Origin: Octopus vulgaris
Lineage: Eukaryota
Direction: 5' to 3'
Assembly (NCBI GenBank): GCA_951406725.2
Contig: OX597822.1
Span: 4,774,001-4,838,000 of the forward strand
Length of the DNA: 64,000 nucleotides
Shown here: piece after piece, positions 1 to 12,289 of the stretch
Numbering within the stretch: the stretch's first letter is position 1
Layout of the letters: every line of letters starts with the position of its first letter
Position numbers and translations under genes: made by a program
The notes under the pieces: generated by a model
The model's input: only the letters and a program-made list of their open reading frames with translations
Told to the model about the DNA's origin: nothing
Databases searched by the model: none

Positions 1-566
1 TTTGTGTTTATTAGAGTATGTGTATAGGTATTTATTTAATGTTTATATATACATTATTATGGTATTTGTGTAAACATTGTTTCTAAATGCTATGTATACA
101 TAAAGCCAGTGTGCGTGTGAATAAGCTAAAATATTTACAGGCGTGCACGTAAAATCAGCCCTTGTTCACAAGAATGGGCATACATATATACATGCACACA
201 CTAGTCTATATGCAACAGTACACGTATGAATATACATTTAAGCATCTGCATATATATATGGCCCTCTCCCTGTGTGTGTGTGTGTGTATATGAGCCTGTG
301 TCAAAAAAAGTGTGCTAGTGTTTGCATATATCTTTGGCTTTTAATATACATTTATGCAAGAATGTGTGTATTTAGAGGGTACATGAATTTGTGAGGTTGT
401 GTGTACACATGTGAGAGTATGAGGATGTGTATGTGTGTGTGTTAATATAAAGAAGATAGATCCGCATAATAAAGAGGATTAGAATACTTGTTTGAACTAC
501 ATGTAGGAATGGGTGTGCATGAGTGTGTATAATTGCTGCTGTATGTGTGAGTGTGTGTTTCACTGA

Positions 567-602
<36 letters not shown>
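567..602. repeat. (TA)n microsatellite
   Basis: Direct reading of the sequence. Confidence 0.95.
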
Positions 603-605
<3 letters not shown>

Positions 606-1151
606 TGTATTGGTATTTACAGGAATGTTTGAGAGTGTTTCTATGTTTGAAGGAGTATTTGTACATCTACGTTGAGGTGGTGGGGGCGTGGGTAGAGGAG
701 AAATGCATGAGGGAAGGGAATTATTAAGAGATAGAAAGTGATCAGTGGGAATGAGACACTTACTCCTCTCTTTCTGTCCTTCTTTATTGATAATATTGAT
801 AGAACAATGAATCCCAGAATAATTTATAATCTCTCAAACCAAACCACATAATTCCTACCCAATCAAAGCGGCCACCATCCCATGCTGTCTCCCTAACCCC
901 CAGATTGGCTGTAAAATGCTTTTCAGCTCAGAGTGATTGAGAAAGATTCAGCAACACTTCTGATGTATACAAATGGTTTGGAGATTTTCTTTTATTACAA
1001 CTTTTGAAGATGGTTTTAAATCATTATGAATTCCATCACTGGATGTAAACAGTGGTTATTAATTACGTTTCCATACTCACCCCACTCCACCCCTTTCATC
1101 CTGCAAGCTAATTTCCTAGACTTTGACTCAACTTGTAGGAAAATAGGATGG

Positions 1152-1191
<40 letters not shown>

Positions 1192-1208
1192 TAATAAATA
1201 ATGATAAT
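1152..1208. repeat. (TAA)n microsatellite
   Basis: Direct reading; explains the poly-I/poly-Y ORFs in the track. Confidence 0.95.
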
Positions 1209-1599
1209 AGTTGAAAGCAAATATGTATAGAGGAAAGAGGAAAATGTGTTTGAAGATAAGATATTGTTGAATACAAAATGCTTAAAAGGAGATAGCTGAC
1301 TGGCGAAGCCCTCACTAATAGTAAGGCAGCAATTTGTAAACTTTATATATTGATTGGTTTGTCTTCTTTGTAAGCACAATACTTTTAACACTTTCTGCTC
1401 CACTTTCAGAAACTTGGTAAGACACATTGCAAATTAACTAGAGCTGAAAAATGATAGCTGGTATTTATTTTATAGCTCAGACACTTGAAGAAATAAAAGA
1501 TGAAAATCTCTCTCCTCTAAAAGAGGTGTTTATCTGAAGTGAACTTCTCAATGATCCAACTCATGTTTGTCAGTATTTTTCCTTTTGAAATCAATGTGT

Positions 1600-1940
1600 C
1601 TGTGACTGCCACAAGGTTTGGGACACAAATTCTGTATTAAAGTGCTCTAAATTTTAAAACTGCCATTCAAAATTCCATGTTACACCAGCTTAATAATGAC
1701 AGTATCATCTTTTAAAATTGATCTTCCATGCTGGCATGGATTAGATGGTTTGATAGTATCTGAAGGGTCAAAGGACTGCATCATGCTTTAGTAACTGCTT
1801 TGGCATGGTTTCTATGTCTGAATGCTCTTCCTAAACAACCTTGAAATGTCAAAGTTATTTTTTTAAAATTTCCATTATTTCAAAAATTAATTGAAACAAA
1901 AAGTGTATTTCAACAGAAATATGGTAACAAAAGGGTTAAA
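1600..1940. mobile_element. Degenerate TTAA-type (piggyBac-like) MITE interrupted by an (ATC)-tailed SINE remnant (~1703-1835)
   Basis: Right end ...gaaatatggtaacaaaagggTTAA; the body resembles 28749-28932 and 47157-47375; the insert has ttccatgctggcatggattagatgg...gaatgctcttccta like family C. Confidence 0.55.
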
Positions 1941-2200
1941 CAGTGCCCACATTACAAGGTCTAATAATAACAACCTGATATTAATCTCTGTATCAATGAC
2001 TAACACCGAGGTATTAAAAGGGAAGGAAGGCTTTGGATAACGTGGATTTTTGCCTGAATTTGTCTGAATGTGGATTTTTGCCTGCAAAGTAATATTAGAT
2101 GATCATGGTTAGTATGTCTTTGATTCTCAAACTAGGTTAACCTGGGGCTAAACAACAGTAACAACATCAGCCTTGATATAAAGTTTTTTTTTTATTCTTT

Positions 2201-2455
2201 CAATCCTTTAGCATTTGCATTACTCTATCAAATGTTATGCCTATTCATTCACTTTGCTTTAAATTAATTACACATTATCTTGTAGCTTTAAGATTTCAAT
2301 TGAGTGATTGCATATTTTCGGAATGATATTATACGGTAGGTGTGAGAGACATGATCTGATGAAAGGGAGATGATCTGGTGTGAGAGACATGAACTTGAAA
2401 CTGAAACAGGTAGAATATTTAGGCTGGATATGACTAGTTTAAATGCTAAAGGGTT
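2201..2455. mobile_element. piggyBac-like MITE, family E (degenerate)
   Basis: Starts aatcctttagcattt and ends aaatgctaaagggttta; internal ggtaggtgtgagag...aaacaggtagaatattt is shared with 4117, 13629, 29007 and 31878. Confidence 0.75.
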
Positions 2456-2835
2456 TATCGAGAGTGACAATGCACATGACTTCTATAGATCCGCCTTCTT
2501 CATTGGGGAAATGTGTGTGACTGATGACCAAAGTGTACATAGCGAGATCAATGTCTGTAGGAAAAATGTGGATGAAAAGGAGATCAGGGTTTTGTCTGAA
2601 TGTTGACAACCCAAAAAGCTCCACTAAAAGCTTCCTGTGACCAGTTGGCAGATCTGATTGATTAAACCTCTGACTAAAAGTATTTCATTTATCACTATCA
2701 TATTTTTTCAGGCAGAGTGCACCTACAACCATATTCTCCAATAATTTTTTTTTTTAAGGAAGATACACTGTGATTGGATGGATGTTTGATTGTTGTGTCT
2801 TGAATTTTTTTTTACATTTTATATATGTGGTTGTA

Positions 2836-2960
2836 GTGAAGGCATGTGGCCTACAGGATTGGATATTAGGCTCATGACCAGAAGGTCATAGGTTTGATTC
2901 CTGGACTGAGTGGTGTGTTGCATCCTTGAGAAGATGAAAATAGGTCCCAGCTGACTGCTT
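2836..2960 (+). mobile_element. Old tRNA-derived SINE head fragment
   Basis: gtgaaggcatgtggcct (A-box-like) ... ggtttgattcc (B-box-like) ... tgttgcatccttgag, similar to the heads of the 19770 and 46670 copies. Confidence 0.55.
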
Positions 2961-4116
2961 GTGCAGTTTTCTCTTCTAGAAGCCACATCTTCAATGTTGT
3001 GCCAGTTCAAAGGGATGAAATTCCCAGAGTATGTCTGCTCACAACTATACAAGAATAAAAAACAAGTAGCAAAAGCATAGTACATGCTACTAGGTCATAC
3101 TTGCTTGTGAGTGATGGCTATGGTTGTATGTAGCTTTTCATATTTTTCAAATGCAGTAATTTTTCTATCATCAACTGATCTACCTCAGCTTTATTAGCAA
3201 ATAGAACCAGTTGCCTTTAAGATAGGATTTATTCAATGTCTGTTAGTTATAAAGCATACAGTGTAATATTTTGTGTAGCCTAACCATGATTCCTTACAAC
3301 CTTAACCAATACTGCTAGCTTGCATAACCATGTTCATGGCAATAAAAAACAAATAAAGAAATATTGTAGTAGACAGTGTGAAGAAGCAATACTTAAAGCA
3401 GAATGATGCATTCTGAGTTGGATGCTGGCAGAAGCAAAGCCAATATACCAGGCTTTCAGCAGTGTGGTCCATATGCAAACATTGCACCTAATTAAGCCCT
3501 ATTTAAAATGGAAATTTAGAGAAGAGAAAATCTTTGTTGGCATTCCACAATTGGGCAAATTAATTGTGCAAGGGGATTGCAGAGGAAAGAGGGGGGGGCA
3601 GAAGGTTGTTGAGGAGCTTCTATTTTGAAAATGACAAAATATAGGGGCTTCTTCCCAATTGCTCTCACCTCCTCTTTCTCTTACACCAGCAGCAGCACCA
3701 CCGCTGTGCACACCCATACACACAGAGAACAATGCAATATTTGGCTTGCTCGCAGCTAATCAATTCATTTCAGGTACAAATGTAAACACAAAAATGGACG
3801 TTGGTCAATTGCATAGCATCGCCACGAAAGGAAATCCCACAACCAATACAACATTAGCCAAATTCTATTTGGTTCTCAAATCAAATAGAACATTATTTGA
3901 CTTACTCTGGTTGAAATATGAAAGCACTAGAAATCTTTACACTAGGAAATATAGCTATATAGTTAAGGTGTTGAACTTATGACTGGGTAGTTGGGAATTA
4001 AACTAAAGAAGTATGGCTACACGGTTCAAGTATTTGACCCAAGAGTTGTGAGTCACTCTTGAACTAAGTATTTGTTTGTCCAAATGCTCATATGCTACTT
4101 ACTTCAATTTATTCAT

Positions 4117-4318
4117 TTAATCCTTTGGCATTTAGATTACCTTTTCAAATATAAAGATTATTCATTCACATTCATAACTTCAAGATTTCCATGATGTGAT
4201 TATGTTTTTAGAACGACATTGTAGGGTAGGTGTGAGAGGTCAGATCTGGACGGTTTTAACATAAAACCAGGAGAATATTTGAGCCAGATAAGGGTCAGGT
4301 TAAATGCTAATAAGTTAA
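4117..4318. mobile_element. piggyBac-like MITE, family E
   Basis: ttaatcctttggcattt ... aaatgctaataagttaa; same internal sequence as 31878-32096. Confidence 0.7.
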
Positions 4319-4595
4319 AACAAACACAGAAATTTTCTTTATTATTTTTAATAATGACATAGTTATTGGGCCATGTCCAAGTTGGAGTACCACCTTTCTA
4401 GAGTATGGTCAATTATATATATGCTAATATTTATTTTACTGGCCTCAAATGAAAAAAATGGCAACATGGATCTGAGTAGGGTATGAACTCAGAATATAAA
4501 GGAATGTAACTAAATACTACTAGGTATTTTGTCTTATGTTCTACTAGTTTTGATATCAGCCCACCATCTTTATCCAAGTTAACACTGATGATATG

Positions 4596-4784
4596 CAGTT
4601 CCATATTTAAGAAATGAGGAATTATGTACATTATTTACATCATTTGTATTTGACGGATATTTGTCCTCATCTTGTTTGCTGTTAACACAACGTTTCGGCT
4701 GATATACCCTCCAGTCTCCATCGGGTGTCTTGGGGAAATTTCGAACCTGGGTTCTCATTCCTAAGGTATTTTTCGATGTTGTTG

Positions 4785-4829
<45 letters not shown>

Positions 4830-4896
4830 GGGTCACTGCTTGGAATTGAACTCGGAATCTTGGGGCTAGTAGCCCGCGCTCTTAACCACTATACCA
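4596..4896 (-). mobile_element. tRNA-headed short element with (TAA)n linker and hammerhead-containing tail, copy 1
   Basis: Minus strand: TGGTATAGTGG (A box)...GAGTTCAATTCC (B box), then (AAT)n, then a tail containing a hammerhead-like motif. Reverse complement of 4900-5178. Confidence 0.85.
4684..4729 (-). ncRNA. Minimal type I hammerhead ribozyme motif (core mutated)
   Basis: Minus strand GACAC-CCGAUGG-A-GACUG-gaggguauau-CAGCC-GAA-ACGU-U-GUGUU. Stem I GACAC/GUGUU, stem II GACUG/CAGCC (1 mismatch), palindromic ACGU stem III; CUGAUGA has decayed to CCGAUGG. Confidence 0.7.
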
Positions 4897-4899
4897 CTA

Positions 4900-4971
4900 C
4901 GGGCATATGGTGTAGAGGTTAAAAGCGCGGGCTACTAACCCCAAGATTCCAAGTTCAACTCCAGGCTGTGA

Positions 4972-5025
<54 letters not shown>

Positions 5026-5178
5026 CATTGAAAAATACTTTAGGAATGAGAACCCAGGTTCGAAATTTCCCCAAGACACCTGATGAAGACCAGAGGGTAT
5101 TCAGTGGAAACATTGTGTTAACAACAAACAAGATGAGGACAAATATCTGTCAAATATAGATAATGTAAATAATGGACA
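4900..5178 (+). mobile_element. tRNA-headed short element with (TAA)n linker and hammerhead-containing tail, copy 2
   Basis: gggcataTGGTGTAGAGG...gctACTaacc...AAGTTCAACTCC head, (AAT)n at 4976-5020, then the tail. Inverted partner of 4596-4896. Confidence 0.85.
5075..5119 (+). ncRNA. Minimal type I hammerhead ribozyme motif (core intact, stem II decayed)
   Basis: GACAC-CUGAUGA(5080-5086)-agaccagaggguauucagug-GAAA(5107-5110)-CAU-U-GUGUU; stem I GACAC/GUGUU. Confidence 0.7.
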
Positions 5179-7490
5179 GATGATATGGTTTTAATTAGAG
5201 TAATTAAATGTGCTTTGTGTTTGAAAACCATTCAGTTCAGGAAAATAGAAACTTTTTAGCAGTTGAAGAAATGGAAGCAATACAATTTACGTGCATTACT
5301 CTAGCACACAACAGAATATTTACGGTAAAGACAGAAACCAATAAAACTCACAACTTCTGCATCACATAATTAATCTAGAACAATTCTGTTCTTCAAACTT
5401 CATAGCTAAAAGAATTATAGCCTGGATTAAGAAAATAGTCATAACTACTACTGCCACCACCACCACCACCAGCACCACCACCATTGTCATTTTTATGTAA
5501 TGCTCTATATACAGGCATGGGTTGGACAGGTTGCCATGCTCAGAGTTGGTACACATTAAAAGGTCCTGTTCACTTAGGTTCTTTGAAGAACCATATTTCA
5601 CTTTTATGTCGGTTTCTATGGCCAGATACCATTGTCAATACCAAACACTTAACAGATTGTACAGAGTACTTTATATTCATGATGCATGGAAAAGCAAACA
5701 GAAAAATGAATACATATCAAGCAACTGCTTTGTTCCAGCAAATATATAATGGTGAATTTGAAGAACCATCCAACCCATGTAATTTAAAAAAAAAAAACAA
5801 CAAGAAACAAAGTAATTTTCTCACCATTATCAATTCAGTATAGTAAGTATTAATAGGTATTAATATGATGAGATGATTTCATTAAGTACTTGATTATTTG
5901 GAATAATTAACTTAAAAGTAATGTTTCAGGTTATTTAATTTCTTAATCTTAATACACAAGTATGAAAGTTAGAGCAATATCTACCTTTCCTATAAATTCA
6001 CTGATGTAATGTGTCACATCTAAAATTCATTACACAATTACATTGCCTGTGGCAAGGTTTGATCACATCAGTTTATGTAAGTATTTAAGCCAACAGTCCA
6101 ATCTATTCATTAGCATAATATATGAAGAAAAAATTAGATAGGCATCTATGTTACATTAGCTTTAGGTGTTTAAACATTACTGTATCATCGTTAATCTTAA
6201 ATTTACTTTCTCCTTACTATTCAAACTAACATGGAACACATACTAAAGTAAGTACAACAATCCTTCTTTCTTTTTCGTTATAGACATACGAATCTACCAG
6301 AGAGAAAGAGAGAGAGAGAGAGTTGGTTTTATATTCACTTTGTTAAAGTTACACTTTTTAAGATCCTTAACTTCTTAACTTTACAATTCATCAGGGGCTT
6401 TGCTCTGCAGATTGTGTGTGTGTGTGTATGCTTGTGCATATGTGAAAGAAAGACAGGAAAGAGAGAGAAGGGGAAAAATTGAAATATCTGAGAACAAAGA
6501 ATTCTCAGATATTTCAATTTCCCGAGAGATTTTCTTTAAGTAAATTGATTTGTGATACTTGATTCAGTTTCAGAAAATTTTAAAGATTAATATCTTATAT
6601 AAGAAGGCTTCTTTATGAGTGAAATTGATGTAATGGATAATCAGCAGGGCTACAGTAGAGTTCTCGCTGTTTCAAAATAGACTTTGCAGCAACGAAGTCA
6701 AGGTAATGGATAATAAATAGGTAGGTGTGGAGAAGAGATCTTGGTGATTCAAAATAGACTTTGCTCTTGTGGAAATGCATTTAACATTAAAGGAAAGTAG
6801 AACTATTAAACCACCGAATCTCATCTTTGGATCCATAATATTATCTCTAAAGAATTTGCTGTTAATTTTTCTTATGTATATTATCTATATCTTTTAAAAA
6901 TTGCTATTGCATCTATGCACTCAATTCAACAGGTGTTTATTACACAGATGAGCTAATTTAAAAGAACAAAATCCCAAAACAGTAAAAGATGTCTTTCATT
7001 ACAAAATGATTTTTAAAAAATTGTTTTTATATTGTCCAAAAGATAAAAATATTAAGGGTTCGTTAGTTTGTTATGTTAATTAGTTTGGAGCATTCATTAG
7101 TTTCATAGCATTGGTTTTCATTGGTTGATAAAATGACAAGATTTTAAAGCTATTTTATTCTTAGCAGACATTGAAACAAATATGACAAATAGAACTGAAG
7201 AATTTCAAATGCTAAATTTTTAGTCTAAACTAGGCAGTTTACACTAATAATAAAGATCTTCCATAATTAGTTACGTTTTAGAGTACTAACACCTTTTCTT
7301 GAAAAACTTGCGTAGTGTCATTGTAAAAGAAATATGACAATTATTATGATTATGATCATTGTTTTACAGAGAAATGGGAATGCTTATGCTTTTACTAATA
7401 GCAAAAGGTGTTTAAGTGACAAGTTAACATCTGAAAACTAAGCTTAAGAAACAAATCTGTGTGTGTGTGTATACATATATATATATAAAT

Positions 7491-7878
7491 GGAGGCGCAA
7501 TGGCCCAGTGGTTAGGGCAGCGGACTCGTGGTCATAGGATCATGGTTTCGATTCCCAGACCGGGCGTTGTGAGTGTTTATTGAGTGAAAACACCTAAAAG
7601 CTCCACGAGGCTCCGGCAGGGGATGGTGTTGATCCCTGCTGTACTCTTTCACCACAACTTTCTCTCACTCTTTCTTCCTGTTTCTGTTGTACCTGTATTT
7701 CAAAGAGCCGGCCTTGTCACTCTCTGTGTCACGCTGAATATCCCCGAGAACTACGTTAAGGGTACATGTGTCTGTGGAGTGCTCAGCCACTTACACGTTA
7801 ATTTCACAAGCAGGCTGTTCCGTTGATTCGGATCAACCGGAACCCTCGTCGTCGTAACCGACGGAGTGCTTCCATTCC
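7491..7878 (+). mobile_element. tRNA(Arg)-like SINE, family A, tail type 1 (Octopus OR-like)
   Basis: Head ggaggcgcaaTGGCCCAGTGG...GGTTTCGATTCC; 10-bp TSD atatataaat (7481-7490 / 7879-7888); near-identical to 40469-40852. Confidence 0.9.
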
Positions 7879-8815
7879 ATATATAAATACACACACACAT
7901 TGTTGAGCAGTATATTACTGGTTATAGCTGTGATACAGATGACTGTTTATACATGCTGGCTGGAAGCACAGAACCTCTTTTATGCTGGAGGTATATATAT
8001 GGTATATATATGTATGACCTGGTTGATCCAGTGTTGGTAAAAAAAAAAAAAAACTAGAAAATATGTGGTGCAACAGTATAACATTTTTCAATAGGGACAA
8101 AAATTTGCCTTCCATGGAACAATATCAGCAATGGCTGAAGAGTGACAGGTGTGTGTGTATACATGCCTGTCATTCTCTAATTCCAGAATGGGGATGAGCA
8201 CAGTGCCAAAATAATGCGCTAAGAGTAGCAACAAAATATCTAACTTTTTGAGTTCAGGAAAGCACCTGGACTCTATGAACTTCCTCTCTGCCAAGTAAAA
8301 GTTATTGTGATGTTGACTTTGTATAGTATTCCTCTCTCTTTTAACCACCATATATAATGAAAAGTGAAGTATTTCATTACTGCCCTCAGGAATGGTAATT
8401 TGTTTAGGTATCATGGTTATTGTCATTTTTGAACTAAAATCACACACATACACACCTGATACCCTTTAGCCATAGCTGACATCAATCTTCTTTCCCTTCT
8501 GGACAATGTAACTTTACACATTTTATCTTGGTTCTTTTTACCAACTCTGAGCCAACTAGGTCTATTCATATATTTATACACACCTCTATGATAAAAGAGG
8601 CTGTGTGCTTCTGGACAGTTTGTTTGAAGAGTCATCGGTATTACCAAGTGCAATAGTCAGCCTGATAACATCAGCAAAACTCTGACCAATTAAATGCCAT
8701 AACTGGGAATATATCACTTGACAATATAAAATAATATAACTGCTACATTTCTCTAAGAGTATGCTTTTTCTCTGACTCATGGACAACAACCTCATTATAT
8801 ATATATATATATACA

Positions 8816-8846
<31 letters not shown>

Positions 8847-9925
8847 CAGCAGAAATAAATAAGAGCATAAAGAAATGATTAAAAATTTGTTTTTAATAAC
8901 ATAATTGATGGATGCTGACAACTTCATTTATAAAATAATTAATTTTTCGATTTGGAGTTTTATGAATTAAATTGTCAATATTTATTAATTCTGTTATTAA
9001 AAACAAACTTTTTAATCTTGTCAATGTGTGCTTAGCTTGTTTGGCTTTATAAGTTTTCAACACAAGATTTTTCTTTGATTAGGTTCTAAACCAAATTTTA
9101 TAGAGATGAGGTATAACAAACTGAGTTGACTGGTCAATAAAATAAAACTACTGCTACATCGTTAGGATTTATTTCATTAAGGTTGAAACATAAAACCAAG
9201 TGTAGCAGGTTTTCAACTCAGAAATGGAAGTCAAAAGGAACAACCAAAAAGAAACACTTGTAACACTCTTTTGTATTGGCCACTTTACAATACCAAATAT
9301 TTCTTTTTAATATGTTCGTACCCAAACATATGTCTACATATATATCTATGCATAAAATTCTTCATTTAATACATTTAAAATTACAGTCAGTGAATACAAA
9401 TATACATGTAAAAGAAATAGTTAAGTACATAATTCTAGAATTACATGAATAAGAACAGAGATCTTTGAACAGAGAACTGAACTTGTATGAAAATGTATCT
9501 TCAAGAAAAATTTTTTGAAATTTGTTGTCATATTGCCAAAAATTATACTATTAGTTACCAAGTAAGAGAAGGTAAAAAAAAAAAAGACTAAAACAAAGCT
9601 TCAAAGTATTTAAATGCACCAATTAATGGAGGAACATGCAGCTGCATTTGTATAAGAGGAACAGTAAAAGAAGAGATGTAAAGATATATGGAAAAAAAAA
9701 AAAAATAAGGACCTATGAATAAAGAGGATAACTGCTCAAGACATTTACAAAAACAAAATGCAGATTGTTTCTTTCTGTTTTGTGAATAGAATTACCATAA
9801 ATAGCTAAACTTTGAACATAGGTTATTATTCTCTTGAGCAAAACGATTATGATAAAATCAACTCTCCTTGGTTGTTGTTATTTTGCTTCAAGTCAACTTG
9901 TGAGTTGACCCAGGGTTTATATATA

Positions 9926-9926
<1 letters not shown>

Positions 9927-9966
<40 letters not shown>
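9927..9966. repeat. (TG)n microsatellite
   Basis: Direct reading. Confidence 0.95.
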
Positions 9967-9968
<2 letters not shown>

Positions 9969-10129
9969 CGCACGTGTATAGATAAAATGTGGTTCAAAAA
10001 GATGAAGGAATGAATGCTAAGCAGGAAAAAACACAATGGGCATGGACACACTTACCCCTCATCAGTTATTGACCCCAAATCATCATAATTTCAACACCTT
10101 ATCAATAAATATATATATCTTCTTCAAAT

Positions 10130-10480
10130 TCATTGTTTTAGCATATATTTTTCTATGCTTGCATAGGTCAGATGGAATTTGTTGAGATAGATTTTCTACT
10201 GTTGGATGCTCTTCCTGTCACCAACCATTATGCAAGGTAATATTTCCCTATGGCTGAACATGACTTCATGGATGATTGGAAATGAATGACATTGCTTGTG
10301 TGTCAGCAACACTAATGTATCATGAAAAGTCAAGAACACACATACAACAGGCTTCTTTCAGTTTTTATCCACTAAATCCATTCACAAGGCCTGAAGCTGT
10401 AGTAAAAGACACTTGCCCAAGGTTGCCATACAAAATCTTGTGGTTGTAAAGCAAATTGTTTAACACCACAGCCATGCCTA
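10130..10480 (-). mobile_element. Degenerate composite SINE (family B head joined to an old family C-like tail)
   Basis: ggatgctcttcctgtcaccaacc...aaggtaatatttccc, followed by aggcttctttcagttt...gacacttgcccaagg...ccacagccatgcct. Confidence 0.6.
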
Positions 10481-10842
10481 CACACACACATGCACACACA
10501 GAGTATTCCAGCCATGACTAATAGACAGGCACCATACATCCAGAACTCATATTATCCAGTAAATTTTTACCTATGATGGTAGTCAGTTATTTGAGAGAGA
10601 TTTGGCTGCTGTTTCTAACAGGTTGAGTGATACATAGAGGCAAGCTCTTTAGTTTGCCACTTCATGATTAAATGGGTACAAATATTCAGCAATAATCCTA
10701 GTCAAACCTGCTGGAATTAATCAATAATGGTACAGAAGTAAATGATCAAAAGTTTTATGAGAGGAAGAGTAGTTCACCTTCAGGCATTCAAAATGGAAAG
10801 TGAGATGCAATGTGGTTTCATTGCATCAGCTAATATTATTAT

Positions 10843-10892
10843 TACTGAGTGAGGAAGCAGCATGCACCATCAAAGTGACACTGGGGTATCAC

Positions 10893-10923
<31 letters not shown>

Positions 10924-11315
10924 ATCTCATGGTCTATGCCAGGGGCATAACCAGCCCACTAATGCGTACCTTTTCCTTCTTTGGACACTAAAACACTGCT
11001 TGCAAAGACCTGTTGAGGCAAGTGAAATCAATCAAAATCAAAATCAAAATCAAATTCAATGACTGGCATCCGTGCTAGGAGGATGCAAAGAGCACCATAC
11101 GAGCGTGATCATTGACAGAGCGGCTAACCGGCTTCCGTGCCAGTGGCACTTAAAGGGCACCATTCAAGCGTGATTGTTACCAGCATCACCTTACTGGTAC
11201 TTGTGCCTGTGCTAGTAGGGTGCCAAGAGCACCATTTGAGCATGATCGTTGCCAGAGCAGCCAACTGGCTTCTGTGCTGGTGGTACGTAAAAAGCACCCA
11301 CTACACTCTCGCAGT
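10843..11315 (+). mobile_element. Long form of SINE family C with three internal ~65-bp subrepeats, 3'-truncated
   Basis: gagcaccatacgagcgtgatcattgacagagc motif recurs near 11090, 11156 and 11227; ends in ggtacgtaaaaagcacccactacactc, as in the 34921 and 49211 copies. Confidence 0.7.
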
Positions 11316-11458
11316 GTCAGTGATGGACATTAAACAATATGTCTTTACTTCTTTTTTAAGATGACATGGAATAAGGAGATTCGGTTATTTCTAACATTTT
11401 GAATGACCATGTACAGACTTCCACCTTGACATGGACAATGAGCTATGTTACAGGGGTG

Positions 11459-11517
11459 ATATATATATATATATATATATAGATAGATAGATATATATAT
11501 ATAGATTAAATATATAC

Positions 11518-11552
<35 letters not shown>
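11459..11552. repeat. Compound (TA)n/(GA)n microsatellite
   Basis: Direct reading. Confidence 0.9.
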
Positions 11553-11560
<8 letters not shown>

Positions 11561-12289
11561 TAGAAAATTATGAAGCCAAAGAAAGATAAATAAGATGGAC
11601 AAGAAACTGAAGGTCTCCTTTAAAGCAAATCTGGAAGTGAAAGTATAAACGACATTGTTAAATAGAAAGTTAGACTACATATAAAACAGAAGGGAGATTA
11701 AAAAACTTTGTCAACGTTTTAATGTCAGAGGACTTTTGCTTACATTTCACATGCAAATGGTCAAATGTCATGATGCAAGATGATGAAGTCAAATGAGTGT
11801 TTAAAAAAAATCAACCACAGTATTACTGGTATTTCAATATAAAATCAGTTGAATCATATAAAAATCCCTATTCCTTAAATGAACTAGTCCTTAATGTTAT
11901 CGTCTGAACAAACACTAAGCTAGCAGCCATCTCATAATAGCAACTAAATGCTTTTATTGATAGCAGTAGTCTTTGCCTAACAGAATTAATCATTTGCAGT
12001 TAGAAACTTGCTTCAGCATTACAAAAACAAATGTAAACAAGCACAGATGCTGAGGTAATTTTCAAACCTGTTAAATAATGCGTCTTGTTTGGTTAACTAT
12101 TAGATGTGAAATTAAAAATATGAAAAAATATAAAACGATGGGAATTTGAATAAAAGGAATAACTGAAAGTCAACAAAAAAATATGACAATGAAATCGATG
12201 ATGAAACCGTATGAGGGTAAAAGACTCATTTACATTGAACAGGAAGAAACTAGACAATTAGTACAGATTGCGTAGTAAGAGTTGAATAT

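Noticed and set aside
855-912. Opposed CCAAT boxes as a promoter
   Set aside because: Short motifs expected by chance, with no downstream gene evidence.
4900-4975. Possible genuine tRNA gene (ACT anticodon-like loop)
   Set aside because: The acceptor stem pairs poorly and the sequence is fused to a repeat tail present twice; it is a SINE-type head. Family A, B and D heads were rejected as tRNA genes for the same reason.
6630-6764. 17-bp direct repeat ttcaaaatagactttgc (6671, 6748), as a CRISPR-like repeat or TSD
   Set aside because: Only two units, and gtaatggataat is also repeated at similar spacing, so it is best explained as an old ~75-bp tandem duplication. The context is eukaryotic with no cas genes.
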